A stretch of DNA of 60,595 bases, filler included, from Bipalium vagum (lineage: Eukaryota), in NCBI GenBank assembly GCA_037834085.1. It is 3 parts of 3 records of this genome, joined end to end, with 100 filler letters (N's around TTAATTAATTAA, not from the genome) between each part and the next. Parts side by side here need not be neighbours in the genome. Positions count along the whole stretch, not along the records: positions 1 to 17,628 come from JBBMKC010058115.1; 2 more parts are not named here. One strand, 5' to 3'. The translations under genes were made by a program, and so were the position numbers. The notes under the pieces are model-generated. The model ran no database searches, was not told the origin of the DNA, and was given only the letters and a program-made list of their open reading frames with translations. Every line of letters begins with the position of its first letter. The first letter of the stretch is position 1. This document shows positions 1-11,900 of this stretch, in pieces.

Positions 1-45
1 AAAGGTGAACAAATAAATATTTAGTCTTCATTTGTTTTTTGTAAA

Positions 46-233
46 GGGGGTGCCAAAAATTATGCACTTCTGAAAAATAAAATTTTCCAAAAAATAAAAA
101 ATGCACAAATATTAAAATGGATACCATTTAATAATCACTTTCAAAGAAATTTAATTAAATATTTTAAAAAAAAATTTTCAATTTTTATTAAGAATTACAT
201 TTTAAGGGGTGCCAAAACTTTTGCTCACTAGTA
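46..233. mobile_element. Terminal inverted repeat end of a Tc1-like transposon with an inner direct repeat (IR/DR type)
   Basis: GGGGTGCCAAAACTTTTGCTCACTAG|TA at 206-233 is the reverse complement of a Tc1-type terminus followed by TA. The same core GGGGTGCCAAAA recurs at 47-58. Confidence 0.6.
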
Positions 234-689
234 TATTAATAAATAGGATTTTTTTGTTAAAACAGCCAGATACCAATTTAGGAAAGTTCATGCAAAATAA
301 ATGAATGTGATTATATTTGAAAAACAGTTTCACAAGGAGTCGAATAGATGTACAGCATAACAATTAGTATAGTTGATTCCCACAACAACCTTGTACCGTT
401 TAGATCCATAGGAGAAAGGTTTAATGTCACTTATATTGTGAGGATAAAAAATTGAAAATGTATCAAAAGTGCACAAATTATTTTATGGATGAGCTTGATT
501 TGGAATCGGCAAGTAAATTTATTTTGTTCTCAAGAGTAACAATAATTATAATTTATAAAGGAAAAATAGTACAGAAATAATATTTTGAGAAATTATCTCT
601 GACAAACCAATTTTTTTACATAAATAGAAGTGGTTCTAAATGTAAAGGAGCGATGATGCATTGACATCATGTAAAGTATATTCCATGAA

Positions 690-3600
690 CTAACAGAATG
701 GACACTGTTTGAAATGTTGATTGCAAAGCAAACAGATTTTGTGACCACATTCGAAAGCAGAATCCATTGGTCTGATGATACAGATATCGCAAATCTAAAT
801 TTCAATAAGCTTCCATATAACAATATTCATTAAATACTTTTTCTTCAACGACTGCGTTTGGTTCTACGCCTTGTGCGTTGAAAATTCTTTTCGATTCATT
901 TTCAATAATTCGGTCTCTTTTAATGATCATCATTTTTTGCTTGTTGCTGAATATTCTTTCAATTTCTTTTCTGGTTTCTGATTGAGAACAGTGCTCAATG
1001 GCCGTATCTCCTTTTGAAGTCTTAAAATATATATTGCCGCCTTCAGAGATTATTGCTTTAATGGCATTTAGAAATCCCAAATATCGGTTTTCCTTAGTAA
1101 ATTTTAAAAAAATGATTATAAACTGCTTACATAACATATACATCATTATTGTTGGACATTTTCTTAAACAACTGCATCAAAGCGGTACGACCTTCACTAT
1201 CTTCATTATCTACATTATCAGTTTCGAAAATCAGATTTTGCACCAAATCCATCGACTCAGCCTCAATAGCAACTTGCAAAGGTGTTTGAAATTTCTTATT
1301 TTTCACATTAATATATTTTTCTGCCTTTGTCTTAAAAAGAATGATTTTTTGACAAAAATTAAATTTCTTTTCTTTGAACAGTCTAGTTAAAAGAGTTTCA
1401 CCATTGTCGAAATAAAGTGAACTTTTAATTTCTATCTTCAGTAAACATTCGAAAGAATCTTCGTCACCCAGCTTAGCTAATTGATACAGTACGAGATCAA
1501 CTACCGACTTTTTAATGTCGATATCAGCACGAATGACCAACAATTTCAATAAATATGATATTTTTTCATTCATATTTTTGTCATTCTAGGAAAACTTAAT
1601 GAAAACAATAATATATTCATATGTATTACATCATGTAAAGGTTGATCTAAGTTTGATATGAGTTCCAATAAAGCTGTATTTCCTTCGTTATTGACGGAAT
1701 CAACTTTTGCACCAGCTTGAATCAGAAGTTCACAAAGGTCGATGTTTAAAAATTTAACTGATAAATGAAGCAAAGAATTTCCTTCTTCATCACAACTGTT
1801 TGCTTTATCTTCATCTAATGCTTCAATGAAACACGGATAAATTTTATTATTCATTTTGATACACAAGGTCAAAGAGTTTTCCCTTTTAGATATTGGAAAA
1901 GAATCTGTAAAGATTTGATTACCTATAGATTTATATTTAATGAGATATAAATATATTTTAAGGAGCATTAAAAATACAACTTAACATTTTATAAAATTTT
2001 TAATAAAATGTATGAAATTATTAGGTTGTCGAATTAGAAATGTCGTTTATATAAATTGTAAATTGTTTTGTTAAAATAATTTGTTTAACTATTAATTGCG
2101 TGGGTTGCTAAGTGTTGGCCGGCAAATATTGAGAGACTGAAGAAAAATTCGGAGATGCAGTGGGCGATGATTCCAAATTAAAAATCTTTATGAAAGCATA
2201 CCAAGAAGATTTCAAAAGGTTATTAAAAATAAAGGTACTAATTTTGAGTATCTTAATTATTCATGTGAGGTTCACTGCTTATTAAAATTTGTTTGATCAT
2301 TTAAAATGTAAGTAAAAGATGCTTCACTGATATTTCAATTGACCTTTCAACATTTACAAAAATTTTGATCTGGAAATATTTGATTGGAGACACGAACTTC
2401 AACATATTCTCTGATATAGTTAAATAAAGATTGAATCAAAATATTTATAGTTATATATGTCAATCATTTAATGGAAATGATATGGGTGGCTCAAAACACG
2501 TGGACGGAATAGTATTAAGTTAAAACGAATTAGAAGCAATACGAGATCTCCTGAACAAAATTTAGTCTTAAATGTATTATTTTTTTATTAAATATTTTTT
2601 AAATATTTAGATGAACCTTCGTTCGAAAAAAATGACAAAGGCAAGTATCATCTAAAAACCTTTTCAAAAAGAAAATATATTATTTCGACTTTCTAATACC
2701 GAAAATGATATTAGAAATTGTAATTTAAAAACCTCAAATACATCAGAGTCATTGAATGTTTTATTTAATAAATTATTTTTAATATCTGTACCATTTTTTT
2801 AAATACATAATCCTAATTGAACTTGTAATAGAAATACTATTTTTGTTAAATTTTTATAATTTTATACAGGTGTTCCGCACAGTTTTTGATTATCGAAGTG
2901 TTCCGTGGCGCAAACAGCTTAGGAACCACTGCTATATAGTATATAGGTTAATTTTTTTTAATAACGACTCAATCTTTAAATGAATAAGAAATATATTTAT
3001 TATTTTTAGTATCTTATTTAAAACTACAATATTGTTCTTAATTCTGAGATAAATTATTTTGTTTAAATTGAAATACAAAAAAGTAGGAAACGTGTTTTAT
3101 AAGGACATTAAAATATGGTAAAATTTGTTATTTTACTGGCAAAATTCTTAAAACAGACACTAATTTTTTATTTGAGTGTTAAAAAAAACTATTCTTAAAG
3201 TATACGAATTTTAGTAATTAAATTTGATGTAAAATTTTGTCCTACAGTATACACGTATTCATGATTATCATTTTCCAATTCCCAATATGTAACTGTTCCT
3301 TGAAGTTTTTAAGCCAGCTAATAGTGGGATAGATTATGCAGTATCAGTAAATGTGTTTCAAAAATATTTTCATTAATAAAGTAAAAATATTTTCGATAAA
3401 AGTATAAATATCATATTCTTTTAAAATATTTTAAATTAAAATATATAATGAGTAAAATACCTCTTTTCCTTTGAATACTCTCATCATGAAGAAACTGAAA
3501 AATGTAAAACTTTAGATAAAAATAAAAAAACGAACAAAATATTTTAAAAATATAATAACAAAAACCCAGTTTTTTATAGCTTGATTTAAACAAAAATTGG

Positions 3601-5573
3601 CCATAAGGTATAATATCCCTGCACAATTTTATCTAAAAAAATGGTTACAACGCATAAATACAAGACATTTAATCAACAAAAGTTTCGTAACGTCGTTTTT
3701 TTGGATTATTTCCACATAAATTTGCAAATATATTAATAAAGATGACACCATATTGCATTCTATACTTGTCATTTAAATTCTGCAATAAGTTCCAATCTAC
3801 AATAGTCTTTATCAATAGATTTTGAGAGAAGTCTTGCTTGTCAAAATCATTTACCAAAAAATACATCAATTGAATTAGAGTTGAAATAACATTCAATTAT
3901 TTGAAATAATTGCTATCGGAAAATGAACAAAAGACATTTTTGAACTATAATATCCATTATTTTGTTCAGAAGAAATAAGAACCAGATTCAAAAAACAATG
4001 ATATTTAATATCATAAAGGAATATGAATGGTTTTAAATTTAAAGGTAATTTTTAAATAATTTTACCAATTAATAAAAACTTTATGATTAATTAAAAAATA
4101 AAATAAATTATTGTTCGGTCAAAAGTGGTATTTTTAAAACAATGAAAATATTAATTAAATAAAGTTTATCATTTATTTGAACCTCCATATATAGACCACA
4201 GTCTGCTCCATTTTTCATCAACTGATCACAAAGATTTTCGCACTCACGTATCACAGCACAATGGAGAGCAGTTTGTCCCATCTTCAAGAAAATGTTCATG
4301 AGAAGATCGTTACAAAATACTCACAAATCCAGTTTCATTAATGTTTGGTGCATCATCAATCAAATATTGGCAATGGTCAATCATTCCATTTAAAATTGCC
4401 TCATGCAGTGGACTTTGTAAATACTAAACAAAAAAACATTGACAAATTTATTTCAAAAAAATATTTATTGATTAACTTTATTCTTAATGTTACAATTGAC
4501 ATTGAAACTTTTCAAAACTGACATACACTTGTCATGACACAAGATAATGGCCAACGAAAAGGCAGTTCCCAATATCTGAAAACAAAACACCATGAGTTAA
4601 AAATTGAAGAAACTAAAGTTTTTATTCACTTCATGATTGTAATTGGGATCAACAAGACCTTTATTCAAAATATATTCGACCATGTCTGGGTCATTGTCAC
4701 ACACAGCCGTGTGTAATATCGATAGCTTTGCCTTGAATCAAAATGATGATCGAAAATAACAAAGTAAATTAATAGTACTTTTTCTCTGTATTTGAGTAAA
4801 GATTCTCTATTCAATATCAACTTTATTATTTCATGATGACCTTTCTCTAAAGCGATTTTCTTTGCTCTCTCCCACGACTACAGGAAATATTCTTTATTTT
4901 AAAATTTTAATATTCTCTCTAACCTCACTTTCAAATATACTTTTTTTCAATATCTCATGAACAAACACATAACTTCCATATTGTGCTGCTACTTCCAAGA
5001 ATGAGCACGGAATCTACAAAGAAGTCGATTACAAATTTCTTACTTATAAAATTTCACCATTTTTCGTTGACCATTGATAATGTTCGCACAAGAAATCAAT
5101 TGAAATCCTTCTTGATGGTGATCTCTGATAAATTTGTAAAACAGAACCTGAAATTCATTTTACATTTAAATCGATGAGAAAAATATCTCAACCTCCTTGC
5201 ATAATTCAGTGTTTAGTGATTGTGAATTATTATTACTCAAAATATTTTTGATATAAAAAATTTCCTGTAATGAAATCACAATGCGATGGAAAAATTTTGA
5301 GGGACTTACTGAATCGTCGGTTGGCATTTCTGAAATTAATTTTATGATCTTATGCGCTTTATTCTTGAACATTATCTCTAGCCAAGATTGCCTTAACTTA
5401 AGGCTTTAAGTAATTTTCGCATCAACTATTAGAAGAAATTTACATTATTATCCGCAGTGGTCAGAGCTCCACAGACATGAAGTTCAGCAAAACCATTTTC
5501 ATCATCATTGATAATAGAGTCACATATCTTTGATTGCATCTTAATAAACATTTTCAGGCATTTTGGTATTAAA
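690..5573 (-). CDS. Multi-exon ankyrin-repeat protein with C-terminal C3HC4 RING finger (putative E3 ubiquitin ligase; architecture like the C-terminal half of Mind bomb)
   Basis: GT-AG introns 795-837 (43 nt), 1093-1141 (49 nt) and 1586-1629 (44 nt) join the listed ORF fragments in frame. Last exon 690-794 reads ICDICIIRPMDSAFECGHKICLLCNQHFKQCPFC*. Ankyrin motifs: GNSLLHLSV, GNTALL, QTPLQVAI, GRTALM. Upstream ankyrin exons: 4183-4281 (MGQTALHCAV), 4325-4423 (YLQSPLHEAI), 4477-4575, 4630-4731, and further exons to ~5573. The 5' end and the exons in 3250-3920 are unresolved, so this could be two genes. Confidence 0.8.
2120..2513 (+). mobile_element. Tc1 transposon 3' remnant inside an intron
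   Basis: Translates to ..NLYESIPRRFQKVIKNKG.. (Tc1 transposase C-terminus). Terminal GGGTGGCTCAAAACACGTGGACGGAATAGTA at 2484-2513 closely matches the Tc1 end at 17808-17838. Confidence 0.65.
2868..2931. mobile_element. hAT (Charlie-like) element terminus
   Basis: Ends ...CAGCTTAGGAACCACTG; reverse complement CAGTGGTTCCTAAGCTG resembles hAT-Charlie TIRs. Partner end not found. Confidence 0.4.
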
Positions 5574-6246
5574 TCTGTTGCACTTTATTAATAGTTAGGA
5601 TATATTTCTAGATGTTATTATTAAAAAGGAAAAGAGAATAATAAATTAAAGAGTATTATATGCAGAAAAGAGGTGGATACAGGACTATATAGTTCAATCA
5701 ATAGTTTCTGTGAAGAAAAATACATGGCTTAATAAAAGATTAATTCATAGAATAAATTTGTTAGGGACATTAAAAAAACCGCTTGCATAAAATAATTATA
5801 GTGTTTTTTTAGATTAGGTATTTTTTTTAGTGATTCTTCTGCATTTGTTAATTAAACTTATTTTAATAAAATCTAATTTGGTTTTTATTAGACTTTATCT
5901 AATAACTTCGTTCGTATTTTATTATAATTTTTATCATTAATTTTGTTTTGGTTTTTAAATTTATTTAATATTTTTAAAATCAAACGATCAAGATTGTTTG
6001 ACCAACTTTTTTACTGATAAATATTTTCTTAAAGTTATAATTTAATCAAGTGAATATTTAGGTTTATAAATCTGAAAATCTTTTATGTTTAAACAGTTTT
6101 ATACTTCTTCCAATTTTAGTTTTTCTGATCCCTTACCTTATAACATTGATCTAAGATTATTTGTTTATCATTTTTCTTTTTTAATTTTCATTTCATCATC
6201 ATTAATTATAATTTCATGGTAAACTTTATTTATTATCATAATGTTT

Positions 6247-7030
6247 CCATTATTTTAGAAATAAATAATAAATCTATTTTTAAAATAAAAATATAAAGTT
6301 ATGGTATATTTTAATTTCCTAATGGAAACTCAGTATTCTACATCTAAAAATCATAAATATACCTACCAGAATATTAGGATAACACTTCATAAAAATTTTA
6401 ATTTCTTTCAATAAGTTTTTATTTATAAATCTTTTAATTATTATGATTTTTTTTTGTTTTTGTTAAATTGTTCTTATTTAGGTTTAATTTAAAAAATTCT
6501 TATTTTGGTGGATTTTCTTCTTGTATCAAATATTTATTTTGATTTATCATACCTTTCATTTTTGAATTTTTTTCATTTACTTCATTGTTTTCTTTTTTAT
6601 TAATTTCTATATTTTTAATTTTAAGACCTTCACTTGCGAATTTATCGACATGTTTATGAAATGTATCTAAATCTGTATTTAATTCTCTTCCTGCTTTTCA
6701 GGAATTTAATTGATTTATTTCAAATTTAATTTTGTAGCTATTAATTTTTTCAATTTTAAATTCTTTTTTTAATATCATTAGAATTTTTATTTGCGGAGAC
6801 TAAGCCTCCAAGATCATTGATTGCATCCATTATTTTTGAAAAATAAAAATCTATTTTTAAAATAAAAATATAAAGTTATGGTATATTTTAATTTCCTAAT
6901 GGAAACTCAGTATTCTACATCTAAAAATCATAAATATACCTACCAGAATATTAGGATAACACTTCATAAAAATTTTAATTTCTTTCAATAAGTTTTTATT
7001 TATAAATCTTTTAATTATTATGATTTTTTT
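6247..7030. repeat. ~200-bp near-identical direct repeat (6247-6453 and 6828-7030)
   Basis: Both copies contain AAATCTATTTTTAAAATAAAAATATAAAGTTATGGTATATTTTAATTTCCTAATGGAAACTCAG...ATTATTATGATTTTTT. Confidence 0.9.
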
Positions 7031-7925
7031 ATAAAATTTTATTCCCCTTTTTGTATTAAATTTAACATTAAACTATGATTATTATTTTTTCTACATACAA
7101 ATTTATATTTCTTTCCTTTTCGCTCCTTTTTTCATCATTATTATTAACTTAATTCATATTTTCAACACCTCTTGTACTCACAGCTGCTTTTTGAATTTTT
7201 AATTTGATAAATAATTTTCTTTGATAACCATTTCCTTTCTCCATTAAAAATATTTGTTTAGGTTTTCTATTTCAATATATTTATGTAATTTATCCTCGGT
7301 TAATTCTTCAGTTATTTTTTATAAAAAAATTGAGAAAAAAAATATTTTTTAATATTTGATTAATTATACTGGATATGATAAAGGATTTATTTTGGTATAT
7401 AGTTCATGAAAATCGGTTCAGTATACCGAAAGATATTAATATCAAAAGTTTTTATTGATATTATTTTTTAGTTTTTATTATCTTATTCACTATATCCATA
7501 GCGATTCATTTTTTAAAAATGTATCCCAAACAAATTCATTTATTATTTTATTTTTAGATATATTGTGAGCATCGTATTTCAGAGTCATGTCCTGAAAGTA
7601 TGATTTTCCCTACTACTTATTCAAATGAAATTAAAAGATATGAGTAAAAGGGTACTAAAAATACCATTTTCAATAGGTGTAGAACCTTTAAGAAAGTAAT
7701 AGAAAAATCTGTAGAACATGAAGATCTGAAAGTAATTTCAATCCCAATAAAAACGAAGAACTATTTTAAAAATTAAGACACCAACGCCTGCAACATTGCA
7801 AACTAATGTCATGAAAAAATTTTAATGTCATGGGTGCAATAGGTTATAAACGTAGATAGAGGAGACATGTCACACCAAAAAATCTGTGAGTGAGTATTCG
7901 CAATTAAGTGGGACCAGTAGAATGT

Positions 7926-8856
7926 TTAACCATTCAATGAATTATATTGTGCAAAAGTGTAAAGCTAGCGTAGAAATATTCAGAGAAATTCAGTGTTTCG
8001 TGTTGGAATACTGGATGAGTAGTTATATTGTCTACCACGTATGGGAACACGGCTGATTGTCAAAATAAGGAGTACATAGAAATAATGTTCTTCTTACCGA
8101 TCTTTTGTCTGGATTTTTAAACGGTGTTTGCCTTTTTATTTCTTTTTAACAAAAATGGTAATTCAAGTAAGTTGAAGAAAAAAGAATTTCACAGTTGAAA
8201 GGTGAAGGATGGCTTGTGAACATGATTCTCATATTTAAAAGAGAATGATTGTGATGGATTTTCGCCACTTCTGAAACCAGACCTCAAAAAGGAGTTGGGA
8301 ATTTTGGAAAGCATGCTAAGCTATGAGCTGGGTTGGAAATACGAAATAATCGTGAACCAATGCCTTCTGATGTCTGACCTGATTCCAATTCTAGTGGGTC
8401 TTTTAACCACCTGAAAAGATGCCATGTAGCTGAATCTCATCAAGAACAGTGGTTAATAGACAAGTCTGTTGATATCTTCATGTTAGCCTAGATCGCCCGA
8501 AATTTGATCAGGAAATTGGGTTGAATTCCAGTTGAGACTCAGAGTTACTCCTCTGTTGATGAGCCCATGTGGTTGATTTCCACTGGCAGAGTACCTCATT
8601 GTCCTTACTAATAGTATCCTCACGTTAGCTTAATTCTGATAAGTTCGTGAAGAAGGGGTAAAAATCAAAAACACACCCATACAATCAAGGATCTGAAGAT
8701 ATCCGAATTAAATCAAATCGAAGAAGATAAACAATTTTATGTATAATAATCTAGTAGTCTAAATAAAGCGTTTTAAATAATAGTAAAGTGATTAACCATT
8801 CAATGAATTACGTTGTGCAAAAGTGTAAAGCTAGCGTAGAAATATTAAGAGAAATT
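7926..8856 (+). mobile_element. Degenerate LTR-retroelement-like relic bounded by 65-bp direct repeats
   Basis: TTAACCATTCAATGAATTA..GTGCAAAAGTGTAAAGCTAGCGTAGAAATATT.AGAGAAATT at 7926-7990 and 8792-8856. The interior is richer in GC, with weak pol-like fragments. Confidence 0.4.
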
Positions 8857-8907
8857 GTGATCAATTTTGATAATAACAACATTTCCCTGTCAGATTATCA
8901 TTTATTT

Positions 8908-11900
8908 CTATCGGTTATTGTCGGGCTGCAATTTCAGGAATAATGAAGTTTTTAAAAAGACTATATAATTGAATTGCTTGGAAACTAAATGCTTTGATTT
9001 TTATGATGGAATTGTTATTAATGATTGGAAAAGCACTTTTTAATGAAAATGTTTTTGACCAGAACAACTTATTTTTCAAAATTAAAAAATAATATTACTT
9101 CAATGACATTTTTGATTAATTTTACAATTTCTTTATGGTCCATAGATTTTGCTAAGTCCAAAGGAGTTTTTCCGTCCTATAACATAGAAATGAATAACTA
9201 TGTATAAAAATGTAATATAAGAGAAAAAATATATAATAAATTTTGAAAAATGTTATAATTTTAGTTCAACTCCTGATTTTCAAAAATTAATAATATTTCT
9301 TGTAAGAGATTTAAAAAGTTATTTTTAGTGATTATTATATAAAGTAAGTACGGAATGACTGAAAATTCAATAAGTCTTTAACCAAGTCTGATTTCAAGTG
9401 TATAAAATGAAAAATAGTATTCTTTTATATAATATTTATGGGTTGCCTGAAGAGTGCTGAAAAAGTCAACATATACCTGGTTCGATTGTCTTTTTACTTT
9501 TTTAACTTTACAGCATTGGATATTGTGCTATTCAAAAAGTCTATTTCTTTATGGAAGTTGTTTTCTAAGCGAATTTTTGAGTCATTTATATATTTATTCA
9601 ATTTTTGTAGGATGGACAATATAAAATTGATTTAAGTATTTTTTCAAATAAAAATATCATCTCGATAACACAGATTTTGCGAACTGATGGAAATATATTC
9701 AACTATTTTATCATCATTCCTTTCTTCTATATTGCAATTTTTTTTAAAAGTTACTAATTTATCTGTTGTCGTAAAATTTTTAATTTAATTTTTTAATTAT
9801 TATAATTTTTATTATTATTATAATTTTTATTATTATTTTAATTTTTATTATTATTTTAATTTTTTAATTAATTATTATAATCTGTAATTAAATTTTTTTA
9901 ATTAATTAATTTTTTAATTAATTTTTTTTAATCTGTTGCATACCGCTATTCAGACTATGGAGATGCCTAAATATCTCATTTAAGAACCGTACTTTGGACA
10001 TCTTCAACTCATTTTTATGAAATTTACAAAATCTATTTTCACAAAAATAAGATTTTCTCCATGAAGCTCAATTAGGCGAAATAGCAGATTTTCTTTCGAT
10101 AACATCTGTATGTGTGCTGTAGTTATCACCATCATTATTTCTTTTAAAAATGTGTCTAAATTTGAAGGTGAATTATATAAAATTGAAGAAAATAAATCTA
10201 AGAGAATTTTTATAATATTTATCCAACTAACTTTGATTTCACCTGTTAATTTATATATTGAATTTTCTTGAATATTAAAAAAAAATTTACTAATATCTGT
10301 TTGAAGCACTCCAGCAATCATTCCATGACACAGTGGTTGGGAACCGGTGGATTGGAGGAATCATTTAAACATATTTATTAATACAATTTGATTTTAAGAA
10401 AATATTTTTATTCCACTATTTTTAAAATTAAAAAATAATACATTTTGATAATTAAATAAAACTTCATAAGTTAATTAAATTGAAAATTTCAAACAAGCAG
10501 ACCATTACGGTATTCAGAAATAGATAGAAATTTTGTTGATCGTTATCGATCCACAAAGATTCTATCATAAAATCTTCAAGACTCTGTGCTTTGCATCCGT
10601 GAATATTTTTCAAACGTTACAATTTGTTTAGATATTACAATCGATTACTTAAATCCAGAAAATAAAATTTTGATAAAAATGTATTTCACTTACTTGACAT
10701 TTTACATTGATTTCACATTTTTCCTGTATCAATATTTTTACCACTTCAATGTGACCTCTTAGGCATGCAAAATGTATTGGTCTCGATTCCTAAAAGAATT
10801 AAAATGGTTGCTTTTTTCTAATTTAAAAAAAAAATTACAGTTTCAGTTTCAATATTAATTTTGCAATTTTGCTGGATCAAATATTTTACTATATCAATGT
10901 TACCATTGCGACTTGCCAAATGAATTGGTCTTTCCTTCTAATATAAAAAAATTTATCTAAATTATAATCAACAATAAATACATGGTTGTCTTCACTTTCT
11001 ATATCACAGTTTTCATGGATCAATAATTTCACAATTTCAAAGTATCCTTTCTCACATGCATAATGGATGGGCCGCATTTTCTATGCAAATAGAAAACGTA
11101 TCATTTTTCAAATCATTAATAATTTATTACTAAAATGTTTTCACTTTCAATATTGCATTCTTGCTGGATCAATATTTTGGTTATTTCAAAGTGACCTTTC
11201 TCACATGCATAATGAAGAGGCTTTTCTTTCTAATTAAATAAAAATTGATTAGTTTTTTATCCAGAAAAATAATTAATTACATCTTCTGTTTCACACTCAA
11301 TATTGCATTTCTGATGGATCAGTAATTTCACAATGTCAACATAGCCTTTCTCACATGCATAATGAATTGGTCTCCGTTTCTGAACAATTTAAACGTGTTT
11401 ACTTTTAAAAGTTTTTAAAAATTTTTTACACTTTCATCTTCACTTTCAATATTACATTTTTTTTGGATCAATAACTTCACAATGTCAGCATGACCTTTTT
11501 CACAGGCATAATGAATTGGTTTCTTTTTCTAAAAAATAAAATAGTTTAGTTTTTGTAATCATCGATAATTAACTACTAAAATGCTTTCACTCTTAATATT
11601 GCATTTTTTCTTGTTCAATAACTAAACCATTTCAATATAACCTTTCTCACATGAATAATGAATCGGTTTCTCTTTCTCATAAATTAGTTTTTATGAAACA
11701 AAAATATTTGAATTACATTTTCAGTTTCACACTCAATATCGCATTTGTGGTGTATTAATAACTTCACTATTTCAATTTGGTCATTTGAACAAGCATAATG
11801 AATTGGTCTCCATTTCTAAATAAATCAAACTAATCTTTAAAATAGTCAATAATAAATCACTCGTTTGCTTTCACTTTCTATATTACACTTTTGCTGAATT

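Noticed and set aside
998-1390. 130-aa plus-strand ORF
   Set aside because: Antisense shadow of the ankyrin-RING exons; no recognisable motifs.
593-1968. Apparent frameshifts between ankyrin ORFs suggesting a pseudogene or programmed frameshifting
   Set aside because: Each frame change is explained by a canonical 43-49 nt intron.
10004-10321. 105-aa ORF inside the large intron of the ankyrin gene
   Set aside because: No recognisable motif. It lies next to a hAT-like end (CAGTGGTTGGGAACC at ~10331) and is probably transposon-derived or chance.
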